Shown piece after piece: positions 34,978-44,021 of a stretch of DNA of 64,000 nt; position 1 is the first letter of the stretch; every line of letters starts with the position of its first letter. Both the position numbers and the translations under genes were made by a program. Below the pieces are notes generated by a model. It had not been told where the DNA came from. It saw nothing but the letters and a program-made list of their open reading frames with translations, and made no database searches. The DNA is from Lachnospiraceae bacterium (GTDB lineage Bacteria; Bacillota; Clostridia; Lachnospirales; Lachnospiraceae): the NCBI GenBank assembly GCA_045629005.1, contig JAZQQJ010000025.1, forward strand, positions 1,636 through 65,635. The letters are read 5' to 3'.

Positions 34978-35889
34978 CTATCTTCTCATCTGCTGTCTCT
35001 GCTGAGCTCTCATATAATCATTAAGGCATTGATCTATTTTAGTGCGTATATAATCACGCCACTCATCTTTAACAAGATAGTATAAATATGACTCCTTAAC
35101 GAACTCCTGCGGAAGTCCGCGTCCAACAATCTTAAAGTTCACAAACCCTCTGTCGATGTAGTTCTGTATCTCATCATTTGAGATAAATGCAGGACGGTTT
35201 GCACACTCTTCAAAAACTCTTGCGCCGCTCTTATTCGGACAGTGAAACTCTGTCGAACGGTCAAACTCCAATTGTGAAAGCGACTCAGCCTTATAATGCT
35301 CCGCACGCTTCGGGCAATTAGGGAAACATATCTCATTGACAAGAATCTCTATTTTGCCTGCCTGAGGCTCAAGTGCTTTCAAAACAGCTTCATCATGATT
35401 CAAATCATAATCAAGAACCACAAGGAAGTAGTCTTTATCAACTTCTTCAAGAATAGCCTGCATGTCTGTCATACGCTTTGTCGTTGAAGAAATCAGCTTA
35501 AAATTCGGATATTCTTCACGAATATATTTTTCAAGGCATGAACGGTTGCAAAGCACCTGATTCATACCATTGTCTGCGAGTCTCATAATGAGATTGCAGT
35601 ACGTATCATAAACATGCTTTTCCTCGAGAAGAGAATTGGTCCACGTAAATCGAACGGGCACTCCATGAGCATTGTAGCCCTTAATAAGGCGCTCCATATC
35701 TCCCTTTGCAGCAGTTCCGAACACTGCTCGTCCTCCGTTCCATATCGCACCGGGAAACGTACCGTAAACACTGCCGATTTTGTATCCATCACGGAATTTG
35801 CTTGGATTGTCATTCATCAGACTGATTACAATCTGGTTTAATGTACTAAAATATACAAATCCCGGAAGGTGCCAATATATATCTGCCAT
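34978..35889 (-). CDS. Uncharacterised four-Cys protein, paralog B
   Basis: ATG 35889 lies 7 nt after AAGGAG. Shares HLPG, KIGSxxGxFP, WxGGR, ADNGMNQVL, EILVNxxCxPxCPxRxxHY and RGFxNFKIxGR with the upstream gene. Confidence 0.6.
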   Translation of the reverse strand: MADIYWHLPGFVYFSTLNQIVISLMNDNPSKFRDGYKIGSVYGTFPGAIWNGGRAVFGTAAKGDMERLIKGYNAHGVPVRFTWTNSLLEEKHVYDTYCNLIMRLADNGMNQVLCNRSCLEKYIREEYPNFKLISSTTKRMTDMQAILEEVDKDYFLVVLDYDLNHDEAVLKALEPQAGKIEILVNEICFPNCPKRAEHYKAESLSQLEFDRSTEFHCPNKSGARVFEECANRPAFISNDEIQNYIDRGFVNFKIVGRGLPQEFVKESYLYYLVKDEWRDYIRTKIDQCLNDYMRAQQRQQMRR

Positions 35890-35900
35890 AGGCTTCTCCT

Positions 35901-36851
35901 TTACGGCCATACGCCGGGTCTGGGTTTATTCTTAATAAGAATACGGTTAGACTCAAGATTTGCAAGGAGCTGAATACGGATAAAGCCCTGATACTCAGGC
36001 TTGATAAGGTAGAAACAGTATGTCTCAACAAGTGAGAAAAGGTTACCCGTTCTGCCTTCAATCTTGAAATTGTTAAAACCTCTGGGAAGGTATTCGTTAT
36101 AAATAGCTTCAGGTGAAACGTATGTCTTATAGTCCTGAATTGTGTAAATACAATTGCGTTCGCCGTACTCGCAAGACCACGGAATATGAGGAATATGCTT
36201 GTCAGGCGGAAGCTCTCTGTTTGCAAGCTCGATACGATGATTCTTTGCAACATTTTCGTAATGTGCACCACGTCTCGGACAGTCAGGTATGCAACAAGGG
36301 TTAACAAGAATCTCACATCTGGAAGGATCATTTACCTTATCAAGTATGTCCCACTCGTTGTTAAGATTGTAGTCTGCAACAACAAGGTAATAGTCTTTTG
36401 AAAGTTCTTCGTTAAGGCCTTCAAGCGTACGTATTTCCTTGCAGGTAGAACTGCAAATTTTAAATGAAGGGTATTTTTCCCTAATATACTCTTCAAGAAT
36501 CGGTGAAACCACAAGGACCTGGTTCATACCGTTGTCTGCTTCCTGCATGCAGAAATTGCAGTAAAAATCATCAAGTTCTTCTTTTTCAAGAATAGGATTG
36601 GTGTAGGTGTAGCGAATAGGAATTCCCTGATTATTAATTGCTTTAATTACATTTCTGACATAAGTGGCATCACACTGGTCACCAAGAACAAGGCGTCCGC
36701 CTGCCCACGCAGAAGTCGGAAATTCACCAAAGAATGAACCGATTTTAATTCCTTCTCTGAAGTATTCCGGTTTTGTTTTTAAGAGGTTTAACATGAGCAT
36801 GTTGAGCGGATAATTAAACCTTAATCCGGGTAAATGAAAAATAACGTCCAT
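35901..36851 (-). CDS. Uncharacterised four-Cys protein, paralog A
   Basis: ATG 36851 follows GAGGAG. By eye about 35-40% identical to paralog B. Its stop lies 11 nt before the start of paralog B. Confidence 0.6.
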   Translation of the reverse strand: MDVIFHLPGLRFNYPLNMLMLNLLKTKPEYFREGIKIGSFFGEFPTSAWAGGRLVLGDQCDATYVRNVIKAINNQGIPIRYTYTNPILEKEELDDFYCNFCMQEADNGMNQVLVVSPILEEYIREKYPSFKICSSTCKEIRTLEGLNEELSKDYYLVVADYNLNNEWDILDKVNDPSRCEILVNPCCIPDCPRRGAHYENVAKNHRIELANRELPPDKHIPHIPWSCEYGERNCIYTIQDYKTYVSPEAIYNEYLPRGFNNFKIEGRTGNLFSLVETYCFYLIKPEYQGFIRIQLLANLESNRILIKNKPRPGVWP

Positions 36852-36944
36852 AAATATCTCCTCATAATTTATAAGATGGAAAACATTATACCACAAAAGC
36901 TTCTACGTACAAAGTAATACTTTGCTTATTATATTTCAAATGTT

Positions 36945-36983
36945 GCGCGAAATAAAGGAGAGCGCCCGGAAAAACGCTCTCCT
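36945..36983 (-). terminator. Intrinsic terminator after the solute-binding protein gene
   Basis: Stem AGGAGAGCG (36956-36964) / CGCTCTCCT (36975-36983). On the minus strand it is followed by TTTATTT. Confidence 0.6.
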
Positions 36984-37013
36984 ATAATTTGTTTATTCAG
37001 TTATGATAACTAA

Positions 37014-38534
37014 TTATTTATTGAACTCGTCAAGAACTGCCTGCCATGTAGAACGAACAGATTCAGCAACCTGTGCGGGTGTGTTATCTTCTGAGAAGCT
37101 CCACCATGAAAGAGCTGCGCCTGTATCGAAACCAGGAACGAGCTGGTGATACTGAACCTGAGCATCAGACATAGCGAGTCTGAGGGAGATGTCGATAGCT
37201 TCGAAATCTTCGTAAGAAGCTTCGTAACCAGCCTGCCATCCTTCATAATCTTCGTATCCAGGAATCTTGTCGTTGAAGATATCATATGCGAATGCGATCT
37301 TCCAAGCTCTGTCTGCATCGTAGCAGCCAGGGATAGCGTAAAGGTTATCAGATACGTACATAGGACGCTTGTCAGCTGTTGCACCTGCTGAAGGTCCGCA
37401 AGGGAATGAAAGAACGCCCCACTCAAGGCTTGCGCCGCCATCTACAGCTGCCTTAATGTTGTTTCCGTAGTAAGCTTCATCAGGAAGGAATGCATACTGA
37501 CCATTGTTGAATGCGTCTTTGTAGTACTCCCATGTTCCATCTGCAGGCTGCTCCATACCAAACTGCTGTCTGATTTCCCAACCAGCATTAACAGCTTCCA
37601 TTGTAGCCTTGGACTCGAAGTTGTTAACAAGCTTGCCATCAGCGCCAAGTGAAACGAATGAACCTCTGTTAGAGAAGATCATCTCGCCGTAGAATACGCC
37701 CCAGTTAGAAGCCATACCATAAATATCGATAACGCCGTCGCCGTCTTTATCTTTCTGAACTTTACCCATGAGCTCTTTCCATGTATCCCATGTCCAGTAT
37801 GAAGGATCCTTCTGGTCTTCATAAAGCTTCTGCCAGTCAATACCAGCATCTGTAAGGAGCTGCTTATTGAAGAAGAGAACGCCTCTTGCTTCAGGATCGC
37901 CAGGTGCACATGCGAATGTTCCCTGAGGGAATGTATAAAGCTTATGAACGTTTGTCTTGCCCCACTTATCAGCATCGTTGAGGTCGATAGCGCCTTCAAG
38001 CTTGGAAAGGTCTGTAACGAGACCGGACTTCATAGCTTCGATGATACCCGGGTCAGCACGAAGTGCGAAAATGTAGTTATTCTCATCGCCACCTGTTGTG
38101 CAGTAGTCGATGAAATCTGCAGGAACGTTGCCCCAGTCAGAGATTGTTTCTCTCTTCATTGTGAAGTGATATTCTTCCTGTGCCCACTCCCAGTAATCCT
38201 GACATGCTCTGTCATAATCACTCTTAGCTTCGCCCGGCCACTTTGAACCGTCTGTCCACCAGTCACGGATTGTAACTGTTATACCGCCAAGGTCAACAAC
38301 GTTACCATTAGCGTCTCTACGGATAACATAACCCTCTTCTGTAATGTTGGGATCCTTAGTAGCTTCGGGAGCGTCTGTAACCTTAGGAGCTTCTGTTACC
38401 TTAGGTGCTTCTGTAGTCTTAGGAGCTTCTGTTGCCTTAGCACCAGAATCACCGTTGCCGCAAGCTGCAAGACCAACTGTCATTACAACTGCCATAGAAG
38501 CAGCCATAACCTGTCTGAGTTTCTTACTAATCAT
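37014..38534 (-). CDS. ABC sugar-transporter solute-binding lipoprotein
   Basis: ATG 38534 follows AAAGGAGGA. Lipobox GLAACG, an EAPK-rich linker, then an SBP_bac_1-like body. Confidence 0.8.
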   Translation of the reverse strand: MISKKLRQVMAASMAVVMTVGLAACGNGDSGAKATEAPKTTEAPKVTEAPKVTDAPEATKDPNITEEGYVIRRDANGNVVDLGGITVTIRDWWTDGSKWPGEAKSDYDRACQDYWEWAQEEYHFTMKRETISDWGNVPADFIDYCTTGGDENNYIFALRADPGIIEAMKSGLVTDLSKLEGAIDLNDADKWGKTNVHKLYTFPQGTFACAPGDPEARGVLFFNKQLLTDAGIDWQKLYEDQKDPSYWTWDTWKELMGKVQKDKDGDGVIDIYGMASNWGVFYGEMIFSNRGSFVSLGADGKLVNNFESKATMEAVNAGWEIRQQFGMEQPADGTWEYYKDAFNNGQYAFLPDEAYYGNNIKAAVDGGASLEWGVLSFPCGPSAGATADKRPMYVSDNLYAIPGCYDADRAWKIAFAYDIFNDKIPGYEDYEGWQAGYEASYEDFEAIDISLRLAMSDAQVQYHQLVPGFDTGAALSWWSFSEDNTPAQVAESVRSTWQAVLDEFNK

Positions 38535-38792
38535 TAAATTTTCCTCCTTTAAATGATAGTGCCGAAAACCGGTTTGCCGGTTTTCTGTTTTTCTCCTCTG
38601 ACGAAACTGCATTTTCCGGGATGCTTTTCGTCCGGAATATCTTGAGCACCTGCTCAAATATCTGTACAGCATATTTGAACGAAGATGCGAAAGATCATAA
38701 ACTTAAACGTTTACTTTGATATTTTACCACACTTAGCAAAATATTACTACTTTTTTCGTAAAGTTTCCGTTTTTTTAGTAAATTTTACCAAA

Positions 38793-39809
38793 TTACATCT
38801 TAATACCACTGCTTGAAAGGCTTTCTACGAATCCTTTCTGTGCAAAAAGGTAAAGGATAAGAACCGGGAAAATAACCATAAGTGTAGCTGCACATACAAT
38901 TGCGTTAATCATAGCCTGAGAAGCAACATAAGCACCATCTCCGCCGTGATCTGCCAAGAGCAATTGGAAAATACGTTCTGATACAGCTGCAAGCTGAAGT
39001 GAAATCATGTTAGCTTTGCCAAGGAAGAGTTTTGAATAAAAACTGTCTGTCCACTGCCATACAAATGCAAAAAGGAAACATGATGTAAGAATCGGCTTTG
39101 CATCCGGAAGCATAACTCTTACGAAAGTTCTTAATGTACCTGCGCCATCGACGTAAGCCGCCTCTTCAAGTTCTTTAGGAATTGTACGGAAGAACTGTCT
39201 GATAAGGAAAATGTACAAACCATTCTTCAGGGCCATACATGTTGCACTCAGCATATAGTACGGAGCAACCGACCCCTTAAGATTTAATGTCTCTCCTTTA
39301 TTAATCAGCTTGATAAGTCCAAAAACATCAAAATATTTGAAATGAAGCTGAAGTGATGTTGAAATAACCTGCGGCGGAATAACAATTACAAAGATTACAC
39401 AAGCGAACCAAAACTTCTTAAGAGGGAAGTCGAATCTTGCGAATCCGTAACCAACCAGTGTACATATTGCAACCTGAAGAATAGCTGAAGTTAAGGAAAT
39501 CAGCGCTGTATCACGGAGACATTCTCCGTAATGTATAAACTCAGCAGCCTTCATGTAGTTATAGGTTGTAAAGTGCTCAGGTATGGATATGATTGTGGTA
39601 TTATACAAATCTTCCTCAGCCATAAAGCTCAAGGAAATCTTCTGGAGAATAGGCTGTATTATCATGAAGCACATTCCAAAGAGAAGAACAGCCATACAGA
39701 GCTTAATAAATACGTTTGTTAAAAATTTTCTGACAAGATAACCGTCACAAGCTCTGTTACGTTCCCAGAATTTTGCACGTTTTGCTTTTCGTTCTGCTCT
39801 ACTAGTCAT
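38793..39809 (-). CDS. Carbohydrate ABC transporter permease (MalG-like)
   Basis: Six TM helices. EAA loop reads ELEEAAYVDGAGTLRTFVRVMLP. Confidence 0.85.
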   Translation of the reverse strand: MTSRAERKAKRAKFWERNRACDGYLVRKFLTNVFIKLCMAVLLFGMCFMIIQPILQKISLSFMAEEDLYNTTIISIPEHFTTYNYMKAAEFIHYGECLRDTALISLTSAILQVAICTLVGYGFARFDFPLKKFWFACVIFVIVIPPQVISTSLQLHFKYFDVFGLIKLINKGETLNLKGSVAPYYMLSATCMALKNGLYIFLIRQFFRTIPKELEEAAYVDGAGTLRTFVRVMLPDAKPILTSCFLFAFVWQWTDSFYSKLFLGKANMISLQLAAVSERIFQLLLADHGGDGAYVASQAMINAIVCAATLMVIFPVLILYLFAQKGFVESLSSSGIKM

Positions 39810-40725
39810 AATAATAAACCACCTTTGATATGATGAATGACGTTATGCCTATAAATGCTATTATTATCGCGAAATATACCCACGCCATTGCTGAAGCCAA
39901 ACCATAGTCGAGATATTCAACAAGTGTTGTCTGGATTTTATTCATAACCTGGTTATCTGTATGCATACAGAAATCAATGATTGTGTAAATCCAGTTTACA
40001 AGGAACAGAGAAGAAATCATAGGGAAGGTAATCTTCCAAAAGCTCTCCCACGCTGTACATCCTTCAATGGATGCTGCTTCATACATCGATGATGAAATTG
40101 TCTGGAGGCCGGACAGGAAAATGATAATCTGAATACCCGAAGAAATTGCAATATCATAAACCTTATCAACTATTTCAAATACTTTATCAAACAGCTTTGT
40201 TCCTATTCCGAACGTTTCAACCAGACTTTTAATTGTATCTGTAATACTGAAATCATTTGAATTTTCCTTAATCATTTCAGCCATATCACCAAGAAGAGAG
40301 TTGTTCGTTTCTACACCGAGAATAACACCGGAAGAAAGGATAACAGGTAAGAAGAAAATTGCTCTTACAAGTGCTCTTCCGCTGAACTTCTGGTTAAGAA
40401 GAATAGCAACGAAAAGGCTGAAAATCATTACGGATATTGTGTTAATAACCATCTGCCAGGCACTGTCTGTAAGCCACTGAGGAAAGTCAATATCATTTAA
40501 AAATGCATATTTATAGTTCGCGAGTCCCGTCCACTCAAAGGAGAAGCCCTCAACGCTGACATTAACTTTACAGAAGCTCATATAGAGTGACTGACACAGC
40601 GGTTTAACCAGGAATGCAAGGAAACCAATTATGAAAGGCAGGATAAACAAATATCCGGCTACCGCTTTTCTTTTTTGCAGTCCTTCATATTTCGGTCTGC
40701 GTATTTTTTCTTTTGCTTTTGCCAT
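39802..40725 (-). CDS. Carbohydrate ABC transporter permease (MalF-like)
   Basis: Polytopic. EAA-type loop reads YEAASIEGCTAWESFWKITFP. Has an 8-nt overlap with the downstream permease gene. Confidence 0.85.
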   Translation of the reverse strand: MAKAKEKIRRPKYEGLQKRKAVAGYLFILPFIIGFLAFLVKPLCQSLYMSFCKVNVSVEGFSFEWTGLANYKYAFLNDIDFPQWLTDSAWQMVINTISVMIFSLFVAILLNQKFSGRALVRAIFFLPVILSSGVILGVETNNSLLGDMAEMIKENSNDFSITDTIKSLVETFGIGTKLFDKVFEIVDKVYDIAISSGIQIIIFLSGLQTISSSMYEAASIEGCTAWESFWKITFPMISSLFLVNWIYTIIDFCMHTDNQVMNKIQTTLVEYLDYGLASAMAWVYFAIIIAFIGITSFIISKVVYYYD

Positions 40726-40742
40726 TGTTTACCACCTCCCAA

Positions 40743-43340
40743 CTACTTAACGACAACGTAATCTCTTGACTTGATTGTAACGCCGTCAACAGTGAAGTCA
40801 TCGTTGTAGCTGTAATTTACATAAACCTTAGTGCCATCTTCATAAGTCGTAACAGTAAGATCGCTGTTAATAAACTCATGATTTTCAATTTCCTGATTAA
40901 ACAAATGACCTAACTCATTATTATATCTGCTGTATGTTTCGATGATTTTGTCACGGCATGCATCGTACTCAGAACCAAAATACATATAGTACAGTGTATT
41001 CTGAAGAGTAAAAGGTGATTCATCCATAACAGTGAAGCTGAGACCTGCACCATATTCAGCACTTCTTAAAAGCTCATCGTTAAAATCACCTGTGAGATTC
41101 AGTGATTCGCCGACATAGTTTACATAACCATGAAGAGCAATCTGGTAGAAAGGAATCATCTCATCAAGGATTGTGTAGCCTGAACCATCGAAGTCCATAT
41201 TATCAATGATAGTAGCATAAGGAGCAATGTATGCATTTCCTTCATTGATCATTAATGGTTCATTTGCGATGCTCTTTATGAACTCATCCTGCTGATTCAG
41301 AACCATCTGTCTTGTATAGAAAGCCTTTTTAGAATAATCACCGGAAAGATCGTTTCCAATGTTCTGGAATGAAGGGTATGCACCATACTTCTTTGTAGCT
41401 TCGACAAAGTTCTCGCACATCTTCTGTACGTTTTTGTTGTTAAGAAGATAATAGCAGTCCAAGTCATCTCTCTGACCAAAGGTCGTTGTTGAGAATTCAT
41501 ACAGCTTTGCTCTCTCTTTGTTTGCAAAGTGTGCAACGTCATTATAGATGCTGAAGCCATCCCAGAAATCAGAATTAATTGCATAATCGGTAATACCGTC
41601 AAGATATACGTTAACTCCCATATTCTTGACATCATCAATCATCTTTTCGAAATCTTTTTTACTGCCAAGCTTCGAAACGGTTTTAACCTTATTAAGCCAT
41701 TGCTGCTTAACACCACCGTTGATATAGCCTGTAAGCTTAAGAGAGATATTCTTAACACCTTCGGCCTGTAGGTCGGAAATAATCTGCGTTGTCTCATCAC
41801 ATTCTGTAAGACCAAGCGGAACGTCCATAGGTACACCGACAACCTGCTGGATTTTATCGATAGCACCTATAACTTCAAGGAGCATCGGTGTCTGTGAATC
41901 CGAATTCTTTGTAAAGTATTCGGGATATTTGTTAAGTAGATATTGACGATAGGCCTTCGCCATATCAACATAGCCTGATGACTCTAAAAAGATGTAGCGC
42001 TGTCTGATGCCTTCACCTTCAGCAAAATGATCCTGATACTGATAGTTTGCAACGTTAGATCTCTTAGTAATATCATATGAATCACGTGCAAGAATTGTAT
42101 ACTCTGCATTTACTTCATTGTAGCTCGTTGATTTACCACTTATTATTGCGTTAATGTTGGCATATGCGTCACCATCTTCAATGATACAGATGAAAGAATC
42201 ATTTTCCTTGGCAATACCAAATACACCAAAGGATGAAGATGTTTCATGAACACGCTCTTTGTGAATGCTTGCGTAATCCCATCCATAAAGTGCTGAATAG
42301 TATGCATTCTGAGAAATCTTACCGTTATTGAAGTTGATGAGTGCTCCACCACCCTCAGGAACAAGCATGTATCCTGTTTCGTCAACTCCGCCCGCACCAA
42401 AGTTAGGAAGAAGACTGATTCTATAAAGAGGCTTCTTTGAAGGGTACTCAATCTCACTGAAAGGAACTTCAACGATAAGATCGTCACCGTCCAAACTGTA
42501 AATTACAGAAAGATTATATATAGGCTTGTTGCTTACGGTTTCACTTGTGTCACGAAGCTTATGTTCAACATACTCTTCGTATGTATATCCTGCTTCCTCA
42601 AAAATCTGCTGGAGCTTCTTTCTGATGCCCTTACCAAGATTATTTCCTGCTATATAACAAACACTTTCCTCAAGTAACGGATATCTGGCCTTATCGTCAT
42701 CAAGAGTTTTCTTCTGTGATCGTGTAGGATTGTTAATATCGTATTTTGAAAAATACTTTGAAAGGTAGTTGGCATTTGATTTGTCAAGTCTGCCTGTAAA
42801 ATCAAGATATTCCTCTTCGGTAAGCACAGGAGGATAAACATATTCCTGTTCAACCTCACCGATGGAATACAAAACTTTAATCTGATTGTCGGTTGCCTCA
42901 ACCTCGTAAATACTATTTGCCTGACTGTGCTTAAATGAATTATACGAGTTGTCCGAGCCTGTAGTATCACTATAACTTATAACTACAGCTGACTGAAGTT
43001 TTTCTTTCTCTACTGTTTGTGCAAATGTATCATTTGCAGCATCCTCGGGTGAAGATGTCCAAACAGCACCTGTTTTCTTGTTTGTGACAGTAAACTGTGT
43101 TGTGTTAGGATCCATAACAAATTTAATCCCGTCACTTTCAAGAACATATTCTGATGCTTCACCATCATAGGATCTTACCTGAACAGGCGGTTCTTCTTCG
43201 TCCGTAACGGCTTTGTATGTCGCAACAAAAGCAACTACACCAAGAATTATAAGCGTAAGAATTCCGGGAAGAATGAGACCCTTCAGGTTTTCAATGACTG
43301 AAGCTCTTATTTCCGCTTTTCTTTCAGAACTTTTTTTCAT
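40743..43340 (-). CDS. Membrane-anchored large extracytoplasmic protein, DUF5696-like (putative glycoside-hydrolase-like)
   Basis: 865 aa with a single N-terminal TM helix. I recall DUF5696 proteins in exactly this ABC/Yip1 context. Not verifiable without an HMM search. Confidence 0.45.
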   Translation of the reverse strand: MKKSSERKAEIRASVIENLKGLILPGILTLIILGVVAFVATYKAVTDEEEPPVQVRSYDGEASEYVLESDGIKFVMDPNTTQFTVTNKKTGAVWTSSPEDAANDTFAQTVEKEKLQSAVVISYSDTTGSDNSYNSFKHSQANSIYEVEATDNQIKVLYSIGEVEQEYVYPPVLTEEEYLDFTGRLDKSNANYLSKYFSKYDINNPTRSQKKTLDDDKARYPLLEESVCYIAGNNLGKGIRKKLQQIFEEAGYTYEEYVEHKLRDTSETVSNKPIYNLSVIYSLDGDDLIVEVPFSEIEYPSKKPLYRISLLPNFGAGGVDETGYMLVPEGGGALINFNNGKISQNAYYSALYGWDYASIHKERVHETSSSFGVFGIAKENDSFICIIEDGDAYANINAIISGKSTSYNEVNAEYTILARDSYDITKRSNVANYQYQDHFAEGEGIRQRYIFLESSGYVDMAKAYRQYLLNKYPEYFTKNSDSQTPMLLEVIGAIDKIQQVVGVPMDVPLGLTECDETTQIISDLQAEGVKNISLKLTGYINGGVKQQWLNKVKTVSKLGSKKDFEKMIDDVKNMGVNVYLDGITDYAINSDFWDGFSIYNDVAHFANKERAKLYEFSTTTFGQRDDLDCYYLLNNKNVQKMCENFVEATKKYGAYPSFQNIGNDLSGDYSKKAFYTRQMVLNQQDEFIKSIANEPLMINEGNAYIAPYATIIDNMDFDGSGYTILDEMIPFYQIALHGYVNYVGESLNLTGDFNDELLRSAEYGAGLSFTVMDESPFTLQNTLYYMYFGSEYDACRDKIIETYSRYNNELGHLFNQEIENHEFINSDLTVTTYEDGTKVYVNYSYNDDFTVDGVTIKSRDYVVVK

Positions 43341-43352
43341 GTCTTCCTCCGA

Positions 43353-44006
43353 CTATAACCTAAACTTTAATTCTCGATAAAGAGATACAAAATATCCGAT
43401 GCCCTGGCTTGCCATACTGAAGAAAATGAGCAATACGAATATGATTACACAAATTCCCAAAATTGTTCCGATAATGAACAAAAATGCTTTTCCGAAGCTG
43501 TACTCATGTATCTGCGTCATTGCACAGAAGATAAGGAATCCGCAATATACAAGTGATACAGTGCTTATTACCGAGATAAGATCTGCTTCGTTTAATGTAA
43601 CAAAGTTACTGAAGATAATAAGCGGAATGTGAACAACCCAATACGGAATCAGACAATAACATGATGCAATGTAAATCTGTCCGAGACGCCCTTTTCCGTC
43701 AAAAAGCGTTGTAAGCGCCCAGTTAGCAACACACCAAAGGCCAAGCGGTAAAAGAATAGCTCCAAGATACTTAAAAATGTTTTCCTCAGGCCAATAAGTA
43801 TCGTTAAAAAGGAAGCCCTCGAAACGAACCATTGCTATTCGTGTTGCAATTACCAAAAACAACATTATGTTTGCAACTGCATAAGATCCACGATGTTCAT
43901 GTGTAAGGTCCCAGAAGCCATCCATCGGATGTGTCGTGCAGTAAAATGCAAATTTAAGATCCTTACGGAACTTTGCCATATTTTCTTTTGAAAATGCTTT
44001 TAACAT
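43353..44006 (-). CDS. Yip1-domain membrane protein
   Basis: 217 aa with five TM helices. N-terminus FYCTTHPMDGFWDLTHEHRGS is typical of bacterial YIP1-family proteins. Confidence 0.6.
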   Translation of the reverse strand: MLKAFSKENMAKFRKDLKFAFYCTTHPMDGFWDLTHEHRGSYAVANIMLFLVIATRIAMVRFEGFLFNDTYWPEENIFKYLGAILLPLGLWCVANWALTTLFDGKGRLGQIYIASCYCLIPYWVVHIPLIIFSNFVTLNEADLISVISTVSLVYCGFLIFCAMTQIHEYSFGKAFLFIIGTILGICVIIFVLLIFFSMASQGIGYFVSLYRELKFRL

Positions 44007-44021
44007 GCCTGCCTCCGAGCC

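Noticed and set aside
35846-36331. 161-aa ORF spanning the junction of the two four-Cys paralogs
   Set aside because: It is out of frame with both well-supported paralogs and has no RBS or conserved features.
38642-38657. Palindrome TTGAGCAccTGCTCAA as a CcpA cre site
   Set aside because: It matches the cre consensus (TGWNANCGNTNWCA) at the outer positions only, and the central CG is missing. It is kept only as an unassigned palindrome.
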